Origin: Cystobasidiomycetes sp. EMM_F5
Taxonomy: Eukaryota
Direction: 5' to 3'
NCBI GenBank assembly: GCA_051047955.1
Contig: JBPGPT010000003.1
Location: forward strand, 496,001 to 560,000
Length of the DNA stretch: 64,000 bases
The position numbers and the translations under genes are program-made. Shown here one piece after another: positions 40,749-54,397 of the stretch (position 1 is the first letter of the stretch; every line of letters starts with the position of its first letter). The notes beneath the pieces are model-generated. The model searched no databases. It worked only from the letters and a program-made list of their open reading frames with translations, and was not told where the DNA came from.

Positions 40749-41373
40749 TTACAATGCTAGAGACGGCCTAGATTGCTTTTCCAAGTCGTCTGCTTGTTTT
40801 CGGAGTACATCGATCCTAAACTGACGAAAAGCCGACTCGATACGCGCTCTCGATGTGGGATCTGCTGATACTGTCCTACTAGCTGACGCGGAGCCCACCA
40901 ATAAGCCAATCTCTCCGCCGACAAAGAAGCCTCCTAAGCCGAAGAAGAGCCCCGATAGGATCTGGCCGGTAGTGGATCTGAACGAACGGACTAAACGTTG
41001 CCGACATTAACGAACGGCTATACGAGCAGTCAACTTACGGTCGGAAGAACTCGGTAGTATCGGGGAACGGTACTGTAAGACATGGTCGAATGAGTATACT
41101 GTGCAATGCAGTCACCTGATTCGGCTCACCGGTATGCCCATCAGCGAATTGGATAGCAGTCGGCTTCTCTGCCTTCTTTGCGGCGTTGTAGAAGACTTGG
41201 CCAGCTCGTCGGATGCGTAGGCTGAGGAAGAGACCCAGACCTAGCCCTACAGATGCGCCGATAGTCGAATACAATCCGAACTTTTTGGCAGCACTCTCCA
41301 GTACTTGTCTATCGCTGGTCGTGAGGTCATGCTGGAGGTGTCTCTGTGCGAGTTCTGCATACTCCTGCGACAT
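40749..41373 (-). CDS. Conserved fungal two-TM hypothetical protein
   Basis: Three exons; TIGASVGLGLGLFLSLR, EKPTAIQFADG, FFGLGGFFVGGEIGLLVG, RIESAFRQFRIDVLR. Confidence 0.75.
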
Positions 41374-42064
41374 CAACGTATGTCAGGGTACACAGTACGT
41401 CATGGTAGCCGGGACAGTGAATGTAGACAGGGAGGCCATTGGATAGTATTCGGCATTTGAAGTGATTGAGCATGCTAAAGGCGCACCTTCTGTGCTCCGA
41501 TGAGCCTGTCAGTGTACGCTGATTGAGTGTGCATGCTTGCTGGCTTTCTCGATTGATCAGATGGATGAGAGTCAAAAAGCTCGACTGTCAGACTACAAAG
41601 ACGCGTGCTTCAGACAGAGATGCATCTATACTGTCCGCTGTTACAGGCTACTGTAACACATGCTGATAACCACACTACTGCTACGCCATCTTCCGCTCGG
41701 CTCGCGTCAAGTCATGCATGACCACAGACCCTGCCAGCAGCCGAGCGGGCTTCGACCCTGTTTGGCAGCGCGAGTCCCGGCGTCGTTTGAATCAGATGGC
41801 GTTGATGCGAAGTGACACGCATTCCCAGACCATATGACGCGCTGGGATCTCTGAATCTGTCGCATAGCTAACACCTAATGAGCAGTCAACCTCACTTTGA
41901 CCCATCTCCTTCAGCGTTCTAGGCCAGCCCATCTCGCGACTTATCCTCGCGTGTGGTCCGGACACCTTCTAGGCGACCATCGAGAACGCGACTGAGCGTG
42001 TCGCACATTCGTCGTGTCAGCCTTGATTGTCCGGTACACCGCGTTAACGCGGGTATCGCATACC

Positions 42065-44250
42065 ATGTCGGGACCAACATTTGCAGACACGACTGCACGG
42101 CACCGACTCATGATGAGCAAGAGGCAAAGTCCAGGCGAAGGCCAGGGTGGTGCAGGCGCAGTCGGGGATGACGGCGACGACAAGGGGAATCCCGACTCAG
42201 GACAGCCAGAGGGTCAGTCTGCAGTATCGTCCAGTCAGGCATCGCTGCAGTCAACTTCAGCTGCGCTTGCTGTGACGAGTGCGACAAGTGCAAGCCTAGT
42301 TGCCGCTGACTCCAGTACTGCCTTCACAGATACCACAGGCAAGGCTGCATTTACTCGAAACGACGAAGCGAACGGATGCTTATGCTTTTGCCTTCTACCG
42401 TCTTTATTCATTTACTTCGCTCGCCTTGACTACGGTGACTGGACTCCACAATCAGCAGGTCAGGAATCGACAGGTCTGACAAACGGTGGTGGCTCTGGAC
42501 TATCGTCTACATCCTCTGATTCGCCCAGTGAAACACCTGAATCCTCGACCACGTCCAGCATCTCGACTTCAGTCACTCAGCAGCAACCCGTTACAACAAC
42601 TTCTTCAACTTCAGTCGCGTACACTCCTACTACTAGCTCACAGTGGAAAACCCCCGTCACTACCCAACAGCAGACAACATCACACACTTCCATTCAGCTG
42701 ACCCAAGATACCGGAAACGACAATACGGCATCAAGTGATGCATCCTCCCCGAGCTCCTTATCTAATACGCTCAGCACTCAAAACAAGGCTAACCAGCAAG
42801 GTTCTCAAGCAGTTTCGCAGCAGCAATCACAGTATACATACCCTCAATCACAGTCACAGACTCTGATGTTTGCTGGCGTTGCCAGTCAGGCTACAGACGG
42901 GTCATACAATGCAATGCCGCTTCCAAGTACCCTTTCCGTCGATTCCGGCATCAATATACCAGCAGCAGGCCCACTAGGAACAGCAGCGGACGCGACAACG
43001 AGCATAGCGCCCTCTGGTGGCATGTCTACCGGCGGAAAAGTAGCAACTGCGCTGGGCGTACTGGCTGCATTGGGCCTGGCTGCGCTCTTGCTTCGCCGCT
43101 TCTTCAGATCTAGAAATCGCATTTTGTCAGACAGGTGTAAGCTTGCTTCAATCCTTACAATTATTTGTTCTGTGCCTTACACTTTTTTGGGGTCCTTAAT
43201 CTAGTCCTGCGCAGAGCATCTTTTGTCAGTCTATCTAACGACAGTACGCCCAGTACTGCGGGATACGGTACCAATGACCGCAAGGATTGGTCAGAAAAGG
43301 CAATGATGAGCCCTCCTCCCATTCGACAAATGCGTCCACGATCAGCTGTGCAAAATCAGCGAGTCGATAGAGGTCTGGTTGACTTTCTTAATGATCCTTC
43401 TCAAGGGCCGCGAGACGATCCTACGCGATGTTCTACGCCACTGTGGATGCGCAATGTCGGTGTCAGCCGCCCTCCGCCATCTGCTGCTAGTCCTCCTCGT
43501 GTTTCAATTATGGCACCATCAGACTCTAGCTCTCGTGCTACTACTATGGTATTCGGTGAAGCCAGATACGGCAACAGGGCTGCTTCAGCCGATTCTGGTA
43601 ATCATCTGCAAGCTCCAAATCCTTTCCTGAAAATGCGAATCCCTTCTCCTACATTGTCGTCGCCTCATCTAGAGTTTGGCGAAACTTTGGCCGGCCCTCA
43701 GAACCCATTCGAGGGTCAAGACGAGATTGACGAATACCGCTCATCGTACGCAGAAGGACGAGCAGAGCCGTATGCAATGCGTCCTCAAGAACACGGTAAA
43801 GAGGTCCAGCGCGAGTCGGCGAATGCAGATTCTGCATTCGCGTCCAAGAACCCTTATCGCAATTCCGTTGATCCGCGTTCATCATACGGCTACTCCACCG
43901 TCTATCGTCATTCTGCTTCGTCAGGAGATTCCGATGAGCAGAATCCATTCGAGCTTGAGCCTGATCTTGCTCACATTACTTTCATGCAAAATTTGGCAAG
44001 CTTGCCAATGTCGGAGGAAGTCATCAAAACCCCTACAACCCTCGAACCAGAATATCGTCATTCGGCTTCTTCTTCGCTGTATACAACGGATCAACGCACA
44101 CCCGCTATGTCGTCTGCGCCCCGCTCGCGTGACGAGATGGTAGATCTAGACGCTGATGAGCATGTTAGAGGCAGCTCGCAAGCCTATGGCACGCTCCTTG
44201 ACTCGTACGCAAATTCGGCACGGAGTTCAATCGTAGGCAAAGCCATGTGA
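42065..44250 (+). CDS. Ser/Thr-rich single-pass membrane protein (Mid2/Wsc-like architecture)
   Basis: S/T/Q-rich ectodomain; TM GGKVATALGVLAALGLAALLLRR; cytoplasmic tail with several NPF motifs. Confidence 0.75.
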
Positions 44251-44581
44251 GCGGCCTATGATTGCCTTGACTCCTTCTCTGCGTAATCGAGATCCTTCGC
44301 TTTTGTCAACCTTTTTCGGAATAGCTCTCTATCGTTGAACGATTGTACTGCTCTGCATAATAGTTACAACAAGACTGCGGTATGAAGGGGGATATATTCC
44401 TACTAATACTTAGCTTCTACATGCCGCTAGTCGTTTTCAAGAGCATTTGTCCTTTCATATATCTCCTTTATAGCTTCTACTGTGATGCCCGGCTGTTGTT
44501 ACCTTCGAATGCTTGGATGCTTGAGTGCTTGACGTAGATGCGGAAATAAGGTACATATGCTTGAAGCATTTGTCCAGTCTA

Positions 44582-47174
44582 TTACGCCTGCTTCCTGAAC
44601 TTCATGTAGTCATCGACCATACTGAAATGACGCAACAATCTTTAGTTGTACTTGCGGTATTACATGATCTGAACTCACTCTTTCTGCACGTTAGGAAGGA
44701 CAGGCGAGTGGCGAAGGTAAGTCATGCTGTATTCTCCTTTTCCTTGCGTCATGCCGCGCAGTTGTGAGGAGTACCCAAACATGTCGTTGAGTGCAACTTC
44801 GGCCAACAGCGTAAACTCATCATCTCTTGCTTCAGAGTCGACGATTGTGCCTTTACGCTGATTGATACCTCCGATGACTGTTCCTTGGAATTCTGCTGGC
44901 GCGACGATTTCGACCTTCATGATTGGTTCCAGCACTACTGGCGCAGCTTTGGTGAAAGCTTCGCGGAATGCACCCTGGCCAGCCAATCTGAATGCCAACT
45001 CTGAAGAATCAACAGCATGCGCCGCACCATCTTCCAGGGTGAATTTGACGCCCGTGACGATATGACCTGTCAGCGGGCCCCTTTCCATTGCGTCCCTGAA
45101 GCCCTTCTCGACCGCTGGGATGAAAGCTTGCGGAATATTGCCACCGACGACGGTAGATTCGAATGCCGTATCGGCACCTGCGCTCTCTTCGTCCGCTACA
45201 AGGGGTTCGATTTTGCCCTGCACTTTACCATATTGTCCTGCTCCACCCGTCTGCTTCTTATGGACATACAGGAAGGAGGCCGGCGCAGTGATTGTCTCGC
45301 GGAAAGCGACTCGAGGCTTTCCAGTGACGCAGGGAACGTTGTATTCTCGCTTCATGCGCTCAATGTAGATGTCGAGGTGCAGTTCACCCATACCCGATAT
45401 GATGGTCTCTTGCGAATCAGCATCAGCGTGCACGCGGAATGTGGGATCTTCTTTCTGGAAACGGTTCAGCGCCCTGGAGAAGTTGGGGGACTCTTGACCT
45501 TTGGGACGTATAGCGAGGGAAATGACTGGTTCGGGCACGTACATCGATGTCTGCGTAAATCGATATATCAGTGTCCTTCCGCAATCATATCGGAATTCCG
45601 CACCATCGAATACGGCACCGTTCCATCCGTAAATGTATCGCCAGTCGAGCATTCGACACCAAACATTGCGCAAATCTCGCCTGCACCAATGCCATCAACG
45701 TCTTCGAGCTCGTCCGAGTGCATACGGACTAAGCGGGGAACCTTTACTCTCTTGCCCGTTCTCACATTTGTGATGACTGCTCCTTTCTTGAGGAAACCCT
45801 GGTATACCCGTAGGTAGGTGAGCTGGCCGAATCTACCTTCTTCCAGTTTGAATGCCAGTCCAACGAGTGGGGCGGAAGCGGCGGGCACGAGTGACAGGGG
45901 CTCTTCGGTAGGTTTGGAGATGTCAACAGCTGTAGTGGCTACTTGATTTGGCGCAGGAAGGTATGTGCATACAGCATCGAGAACCGGCTGGACAGTCTTG
46001 TTTGCCAATGCTGAACCCATGAGTACAGGGGAGAATTTGAGACTGATGGTTGCTCGTCGAATAGCATTTGCTAAATCTTCGCTGGTGATGGGTTCTTCAT
46101 TTATAAACTTTTCAGCGAGTATATCGTCGGCGTCGGCGACAGTCTCAATGAGCTCATTTCGCTTCTCTGTCGCCAAATCTATGAGATTTGCCGGAATCTC
46201 ATCATTCTCCACGATTGTCAACCCCTTCTCGCCTTGGTTTCTAACTGCCTTCATCCGAACGAGGTCGATAATGCCTTCAAATTCGCTTTCCGACCCGATG
46301 GGAATCTGTATCGCTGCGGCGTTGAGGCGTAGCTTCTTTCGGAGCTGTTCAATGACCCGCCAAGGATTTGCGCCCGCTCTGTCCATCTTGTTGATGAACG
46401 ATATTCTGGGGACGTTATATCTCCTCATCTGCCTGTCGACGGTGATTGTCTGACTTTGCACACCGGATACTGCGCAGAGGACTAGGACAGCACCGTCCAA
46501 AACACGTAGAGCTCGTTCTACTTCGATAGTAAAATCGACGTGCCCGGGCGTGTCGATGATGTTGATGTTGTACATTCCCGACTGCCCCGCTACTGACTGC
46601 GCGTCCCCTACAGACCAGTCGCAATGTGTTGCTGCAGACTGGATGGTAATGCCCTTCTCTCGCTCCAGTTCCATAGAATCCATCTTTGCTCCAACCGCAT
46701 CCCGCCCACGTACTTCATGGATGGCTTTGATGCGACCGGTATAGAAGAGCACTCGTTCTGTCAAGGTCGTCTTCCCGCTGTTAACGGGAAAAGCACTCTC
46801 TGTCAGCGCGACTGCAGTTCCGTTCAGAAGATATGGGTGAATCACCTATCGATATGAGCCGATATTCCCACATTTCTCAGCTTGTGCAGTCGCTGCTTGT
46901 CTGCCGCTGATAATTCTGGCAGTAGCCGTGCGGGCGGGGCGGTATTTGACGCTTCTGCAACTGTTGCATATTTTCGTCTGGGCGATGAGGAGATTGATCT
47001 GGTGGAGGAAGACGAAGAGGGGGTAGGAGTTTGACGGGAGCAGGTGCATGCGATGTAGACTGCCAAAGGCTGAGGCCGTCTCGAAGACAGATTATTCGAA
47101 AACGTCGATGTATGCAATGATCTTGGTCTTCGCAATCCAGTCGCTGCTCGAGCAGCAGGCCGTGACAGGCTCAT
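44582..47174 (-). CDS. MEF1: Mitochondrial elongation factor G1
   Basis: Arg/Ser-rich presequence; spliced [51 protein letters not shown]. Confidence 0.97.
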
Positions 47175-47987
47175 GGCGTGCAGGATCACAAATGCGCAGC
47201 GCACTTGTAAAATGACTGCAGATAACTTTGCATACGTTGTTCTACGACAAGTATAGTCAAGTCTGAAATTCTTTGTCTTTGAATTCAAATTCAAAAAACG
47301 CCACCAAAGTTTGCGAATGCTACCCGGGCAGTGTTACACAAGCACTGGCAATCTTCCAAGGCTACTGATCAGCGAAATGATGGCCTTGTGCTCGATGACC
47401 ATGGGAGCTGCAATGCACGATGAGACCGGCATATCTCAAGTAGGCTTCCGACTTGCTTCTCAGAGCCGAGCTTCCAAGCTTGTAGTAAAAGATTGACTGG
47501 CTTATCGACGTGCGAGAGGCAGTCAAATTCACGGCATAATGCGTCGTATATACCCCCCTGCCGTACTCCGCTCTCCGCAAGTGCATGTTATACTCCGCTC
47601 CAGCCGAACCTCCGTGTACAGTACCCGTTCTGCATGAATTCGGAAGCGAGCGTAAATGGGTGACCGCTGCAGTCTGCAGAGGCCCTTGCATGGTTTCATT
47701 TCCACCCTTGACGTGTGCAGCGTCGACTGACTGCGCAGTGCCTCACCTTTCACATCGGTCTCGCTGTCACGGCAACCCAGTACGCGCAGGTGTTTTTCAG
47801 TTTCTCGACATTTGACGAGGCTGGGAACGGACTCGGGAAACGGGACTCGCCTTTGCTTGGAGCACGGGAGGCGACAGAGTTGGCCTCGTTCCATGCCTCC
47901 AGTCCATTGGCTGGACATTGTCATACTGCTCCAGAGTCCCGACGTGCTGGCACATTTTCAGGGGCACCACTCAAACACGACACCGTC

Positions 47988-50531
47988 ATGGGCATATTCT
48001 CCAAGAAATTAGCATCCACCGTCACATCCTCTACTTCCTCATCGTCCACCGCTTCCATCACAGCATCGCTTACAGACTCTGGCAGTCTACATTTGCCTCG
48101 TTTGACACGAAGCGGCGATATCGCTACTCCTGGACAATGCAAACACCAAAATCCACAGCAGGATAATGTCGGAGCGACTTTGCAACCTCCTATAATACCT
48201 AGTCGCACGCGCAAGATATCTAACGCTCTCTCGCGCTCCTTGGGCCATTCACCAAGTAGCACTCTCACGACCGAAACACACTCTTTAAAAAAGTCACAGA
48301 GCAAAGCTTCTCTATCTCCATCAAATCACGCTATGCTCGTCAAGTCGGCTCCGGAAGGATCGAAAGAATGGAAGAAGCTGGAACGGAAACGGCTAAAGGA
48401 CGAGGAGAAGGCAGCGAAGCGAGCAGAAAAAGATGCAGCAAAAGTAACACAAAAGGGAAAGAAGAAGGGGATAGATGATGGTAATGGCACTATCGATGAC
48501 TTTCTCAACAAGCCGGCGTACAAGTCCACGTATACGAAATTGGAATTGGATCTCTCGTGTTCCGGCAATACAGGTTCGCAACGGGTCCAAGCATCGCCAT
48601 ACGGGCCTATACAGATCTCTTCACCTGGAAATTCTCATGCGATACCACCCCGAACAAAACGAGATGACTTTGCCAGATTTTCCGTCAACAGCATGCTCAA
48701 TTTCGTAGACAAGCGAATGGAAGCCGAGGAAGAAAGTTCGGCAAGGCAAGCGAAGCAGCACGTCTTGCGGACGAACTACCTCGCGTCAGGCAGGGCATCG
48801 TCCAATCGTGAGGAAGAGCGCGAGGAATTGGTGCGAGACCAGCCGCATCCTGCTGTTGTCGGTCTGCCTAATCCGCCGCTCCGACCGCCCGAAGTATCGT
48901 TAGATAGTATGAGGAGCGTCTCGGCGAAGCAGCTGCGCAAAGAGATTTCGTATCTGCTCTCGTCTTCTGAACACACCCATGCAGACGATGCGCCGTTGGG
49001 GATCACATTCGCTACCACACAATCCAAGGGCGATACTCTTACTCACAGTCAGGTCAGAGCAGACGAATTGCATTGCAGAGGAATGCCTTACTCCATGTCA
49101 TCGCCGTCGTTGCTGCAGTTGGGACATGCTCAGCCGAAAACACCAGCCCATCCATGGAGGCCGACTATTGTGGAGAAGGCAAAGCTTCACGCAAGAGTAG
49201 ACCCGACCTCATTATCATCAACTACATCTGCTCATGAAGGTAAAGCTGGGAATACCCAAATCCTGCAAAATCCCCGCATTTCATCTCCACACTATGGCGC
49301 TTTGACTCGCGCCGTGCCGGTACAGCTTCCGGGAAGCAACGAGCTTGTTCAGACATCCTTGGAGTCAGCCCAAAGCCCCAAGCATATGCGCAAGCGCTCA
49401 CTTTCGAGTCCTGCTCAACAATTGTTAGCGAGGGACATCGCTCAAGCCAGTCGCGCACCGACGCAAATGCGTAATATGGAAACCCAGTACGGTGATACTG
49501 TAAACAAGGCAAAGCCGACGATGCAGCCTTCGCCTGCCTCGTACGTTCGATCGCGGGTACAACATTCGTCTCCACGCTGCACAAAGGGCAGCGAGCACGC
49601 TGTTCCACACGAAGCTGACCTGCAGTGGGAGCAGGAAGTGGTTGAACTATGGCAGAACTTGCCGGATAGGGTATCGTATGTGCCCATCTCCCCTCTAATT
49701 GTCTATAAGGACAAGAGGACACAACAGTCTTCTAAATCTTCCGCCCCACCCCGTTCGTTGAATGCAGCGAGATCTTGCGATGCGCTCCGACACTTTGCGC
49801 CAGTGCCAGCGGGGAGCAGAGTCGCGGGAAGGGAAAGGTCAAGCTCAGACGCATCCGTTGTGGACCCGTGGTATTCGCCTTCACCAGCTTATGCCCGCTC
49901 GGCCGCAAACACGCCCACACCTGCGCGCTCCCCTGTGCTAACATGCCACGCTGCTCAATCCCCTATAGGCCCGCCTCCGTCTTCTCCGCTTCCCGACCTG
50001 CCAAGTGATGCAGGACTGCCTTCGTCTCCTGATAATCAGCGAAACTTTGCTACTGAACAAGCTCGGCATCCTTCACATGCTCAGCCAATACCTGGCGAAG
50101 AAACAGAAGCGCTGTTTGTCACTCCTCCCAACCGCTCGCAACAACGCTTTGTGACACCTAGCGTGGACAGTCATTCGCCGAATAGTGTTGCTGGTTCTAG
50201 ACCGAGCTTGAGTATCGGGTCGTGCTCTGCTTCAAGCTTTGCAGATGCCGACGAAGAGGATTTCCGAGTATGGTCGCCTCCCTCTTCGGCCTCCCACCAT
50301 GTTGGGCAGGTGTGGATTGCCGAGAGCCCTGTAGAGTCACTCGTGGAGCGCGCCATTGAAAGACATGGAAAGCCGAAGGTTGCAAGCCAGCCCATCCAAT
50401 CTCATACAAACGTCAACGCTTCTTCGCCCCTTCGACTCAAAGCAACCTCAACGCGCTCTGATCTTGCTCATGAGTCAGATGTACAACGTAAGACACCCGC
50501 CGTTGAGTACGGGATCGAAAGCGGCGGCTGA
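47988..50531 (+). CDS. Hypothetical low-complexity Ser/Pro-rich protein (about 850 aa)
   Basis: Long ORF with first ATG at 47988 (MGIFSKK); no domain recognised. The 3' end may be extended by a short intron. Confidence 0.7.
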   Translation: MGIFSKKLASTVTSSTSSSSTASITASLTDSGSLHLPRLTRSGDIATPGQCKHQNPQQDNVGATLQPPIIPSRTRKISNALSRSLGHSPSSTLTTETHSLKKSQSKASLSPSNHAMLVKSAPEGSKEWKKLERKRLKDEEKAAKRAEKDAAKVTQKGKKKGIDDGNGTIDDFLNKPAYKSTYTKLELDLSCSGNTGSQRVQASPYGPIQISSPGNSHAIPPRTKRDDFARFSVNSMLNFVDKRMEAEEESSARQAKQHVLRTNYLASGRASSNREEEREELVRDQPHPAVVGLPNPPLRPPEVSLDSMRSVSAKQLRKEISYLLSSSEHTHADDAPLGITFATTQSKGDTLTHSQVRADELHCRGMPYSMSSPSLLQLGHAQPKTPAHPWRPTIVEKAKLHARVDPTSLSSTTSAHEGKAGNTQILQNPRISSPHYGALTRAVPVQLPGSNELVQTSLESAQSPKHMRKRSLSSPAQQLLARDIAQASRAPTQMRNMETQYGDTVNKAKPTMQPSPASYVRSRVQHSSPRCTKGSEHAVPHEADLQWEQEVVELWQNLPDRVSYVPISPLIVYKDKRTQQSSKSSAPPRSLNAARSCDALRHFAPVPAGSRVAGRERSSSDASVVDPWYSPSPAYARSAANTPTPARSPVLTCHAAQSPIGPPPSSPLPDLPSDAGLPSSPDNQRNFATEQARHPSHAQPIPGEETEALFVTPPNRSQQRFVTPSVDSHSPNSVAGSRPSLSIGSCSASSFADADEEDFRVWSPPSSASHHVGQVWIAESPVESLVERAIERHGKPKVASQPIQSHTNVNASSPLRLKATSTRSDLAHESDVQRKTPAVEYGIESGG

Positions 50532-50963
50532 CGCAATTTCCTGTTAGCCTGGCCAGCAGGTCGCTTTCCCTACTTAGAACAGCACGGTCTCCGTATCATG
50601 CGATAGGATCTCGTTGACCATCCGTCTGCGCTGTTGCAGTCTGTTGCTCGGCCAGGATCTATATTTCAATTTCATAATGCTTTAGTGCTCGCAGGCTCGA
50701 GCCATCTAGTCTTATGAGTAGATTTCAGCAAATACAAACGCAAGGTCTGCTGTTGTCGTAATACTACCTTTCCTAGCTTCAACATGCTGTGTATGGGTAC
50801 ATGCCTTGCGCAAAGTGATTCAGATTCACATTGCTTTCTAATTACATGTCGTTGATGCGATTCAATGACCACATGTGCAAGTGCCCCCAAGAACTTGAAA
50901 CAATTCAAACATCCACATAACGCTACATCGTGCATGTTGCACATCTTTCGCAAGCTCAAATCT

Positions 50964-53900
50964 TCAGTCTACTTGCATACTGTCGGTTGGCTTGACGATT
51001 TCCGTGCGCAAAATTTGTGCTGCAGAAACGTTATCAGGACGTGTGACCTTGATGGGGAAGCTAATGGAGATGCTTACCTATTTGCTGGAAGAGCGCGCTG
51101 ACGCCAACATTTGTTTCAGTATTCACCGTAGCGTGGAAGATATTGGCGTGTCGGGAGTCTTTGCGGAGTCCGTTTTGAAATGATACGGTAGCTGTACCAC
51201 GGACATCATTGACAACAACGATGAGCGGGTTATTGCTACCTTCCAATGCGATGTTCTGCATAAGACAGGAAGTTGCGGCCTTATCGACACTCTTTCTCTG
51301 TTTGATTACGTCAGCCAGTTTCTGACACTTTTCGATCCCGACTCACACCATGAACTGATTTCTGTAGCAGGATATGTACGTCGCGCTGTCTCTTGAAAGC
51401 ATTGATGGCGTAGTATGGATTATAACGCATCCAATTGTCTCCGGTGGTAGCCTCGTTGACATTGCTCAGGTAGCGATATACCAGCTCTACGCATCTGTCG
51501 CGCTTTGCGAAACACTTATTGAAGCTCGTCCAGCCGTATTTGGCGAAATCTGCCGGAGATTTGGGATGCATCTTGCCGGTCTCGCTGTCATACAACTGAC
51601 TGACATGCTCAAGGCCAGATGAAGAATGCGTAAAGACAAGATGGAAAGCATCGCTATGTACTTTAGGAGTTTCTGAGCTGCCGAAGGAGTACTCCGATGC
51701 GGTAGACGAGCCGTCCGACGCGAAGCGGTCATGAGCGGAAGGAACATCGCTAGTTGCGATAGTTGCGATACTGCCAGTATCGCTAGGCTGGGTCGGAGGC
51801 ACTGTAGCCCGCTTGTCAACTGCGGCCGACGCTCGCGAACCCACCAAATCCACATCGTCTTCGCCTTCGTAAACTTGATCAGATTTGGTGGTAGGCTTGC
51901 GCGTAGTTTTGCGCTTCGCGGCTGTGCGTGGACGATCAGTATCCGATGAGCCAGACTCTGGCTCGACAGAAGCTGCCGGGGTCCATGGCTCTCTGGGCTG
52001 ATCTGGTTCCGTCTTGACTACCGGCGAGCTTGATGCGCTGCGAAGTACTCTCTCGGTCACGTTAGGAGTGCTCGACCTCCTGCGACTTCTCTTGCTGGGC
52101 GTGATGTTCAATAGATCTGCATCGGCCGGGGCCGTCATACAAGCTTTTCGAAGCGGGCTACCAGCAGACGGACCGCCAAGAAGCGAAGCAAAGGCAATCT
52201 TCTTTTGCACAGGATTTGGAGACGACCTTTGAACTTTTGCATTTCTTCGCGGCACGATGTCCTCGCTCTCTGATTTGATCGCCTGAGAGGCACACGAGGC
52301 GTCACTGTCTGCTTTAGCGGGCGTTGCGATGCGTCTAGCAGCCGCCAGAATCTCAGCAGAAATAGGTGAATCGTGCTTCCGCGGAGACCTTAAGCCAGGT
52401 GTCTGCTGAGCTACAGTCGCCCGCTGTACAACCGGACGCAATTCTACTGTAGCTGTCGGAAGCGTCTTCTTCGCTTGCGGAGTCCGTATGACCGGCTTGC
52501 CTTTTCTCACACCGCTCGTCTGCGCCGGAGTGACTTCGATACCGGGCTTCTGGCGAGCCAAGCGGAATAGGCATCTGATCAGGTAGAGAAACAGTACAGC
52601 GAGACCGATAGGTATGACAATATGCATATCCACCGATGAACATTCTTCCGAACCGGTAATTGCAGCAGACTCCAATGTGTCGATGTTGGCCGGTATTATG
52701 ACTGCGGCTATAGTTTCCGCAGAAGTTGTCGGTCCGTCATAATTTACGAGCATCAACATTGGAGGATATTCTTCCATAAAATGAAGATCATCATCGGTTG
52801 GCGGGAGATCTTCATAAACATCTGGTCGAACTCCTTCACCACCTATGTCCTCGATTGATACGGTCACACTCTCGCCGTGATGCACTTCATTGTATCCATA
52901 TTCCACAGATAACATTGCCTTGTTGGCCGTTTTGGACAGATAATGCGCGCTAAAGCAAAGTATTGCCATGGTGAGCAAATTGGAGCCAAGCATCATCGCA
53001 ATTATGCCCTTTAGCAGTTTCATGGGATTTCGCCAGACAAATCGCAAGTTCTTGTTGCTGTCCGGATGTGTGGCCGAAGTATTATGCTCAACCGCTCCGG
53101 GCTCCCCGCTGTCAATGATACCGTTTTCTTCAGGGTGTGAAGGAACGGCCACGACAGTTGCATCATCTTGAGATACTTGAGGTACGATCTGAGTGCTAGA
53201 CAGTTGTTCGTGGGTACCTTTTGCTTCCCAAGAGCTACCAAAAAGCGATGCGGATACCGCCTCGTCACCTGAGTTGACGGTAAAAGCGCGAGACATCTCT
53301 GTTTGAGCCATGCTTGCCGCTGCTGTATCGATGTGCGATGTTCCTGCTGCGGAAGCCGACGCATCAACAATGCTGCGAGATGCATTGGCGGAGGCATCGA
53401 TTTGCGCACTCTCGAAGGCAGAGTCATGTACGGTTCGGACTGCTTCACCCCCATTCTCGGCACGACCGACTAGATTCGACACTGCTGAATTTTGACCCGC
53501 TGGAGAAAGTATGAAGCTCGCCACGCTGGATCCGGATGGCGAAAGCACGCTCTGAAGAGGATGCGGGACTTGTGCATCCTTGAGAGCAGCACTCGTCAAT
53601 GGGACACCAAGTGATACTGGTCGTGTTGCGAGCGAAGAACGAGGCTGAAGCGGGCTATCGCACACATCCCAGCTACTAATACGGCTGCTGACGTCTGTTA
53701 GTCCAGACTTTGAGATTGTATGCAATGATGGAGGCGTCTTGACACCATCACATAGGATTCCTGCGCCAGAGTCCGCCACGCTGTGAGACATGGCGCTCTT
53801 CCTCTTGGCAAGCTCATCGCTGCTCGAAGGATAAGCAAGGGACGCAGTTGAAATACACGCTGAATCAGCACTACCATAGTTCTGGTATACCCTCATCAAG

Positions 53901-54397
53901 CTGTATGTGTCCGGCTTCTGCTTGATTTCAGGCTGATCGCGTTGACTTGGAAGTACAGCCGCAGCTGATTCGGCTACACCCAACCTGCCACGACGACGCT
54001 CTGCCATTGCTTCAGCATACGATAGAGGTTTCCCTCTGTATCCGAGTGATTGCAGTGACCCATCCGCCAATCGAGCGAGCACTTCATCCCGAGCGTATGA
54101 AGGATACGTAGGCTCAGACTGGGCATAGTGAGAGTCAGAATTGAGATAGAATGTATTGTGTACGCTAGGGCTGTCGCCAATGTCCGAGGCGAGAGCAGCG
54201 GAATCTAGCGAGATGTCAGATGGAGCGGACGACAGAGTCGACCAGCAGTCTTGTTCCTCTTCTGTACGGGATGGCACATGATCTGCGAATCCCAGACCAG
54301 TATCGTCACTCCCTGATACATCGCTGCCTGTATCGAGCGGGTTAGGCATGATGAATTGGACTGCCGAGCCGGGTGGGTTCAAGTTGATATCGGCCAT
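50964..54397 (-). CDS. Hypothetical large two-TM protein with uncharacterised C-terminal globular region
   Basis: 1028 aa ORF splices in frame (intron 51346-51298) to ORF 51061-51261, then to a final exon with stop at 50964; two central hydrophobic helices. Confidence 0.72.

Noticed and set aside
45017..45817. 266-aa antisense ORF
   Set aside because: Shadow of the EF-G1 coding sequence.
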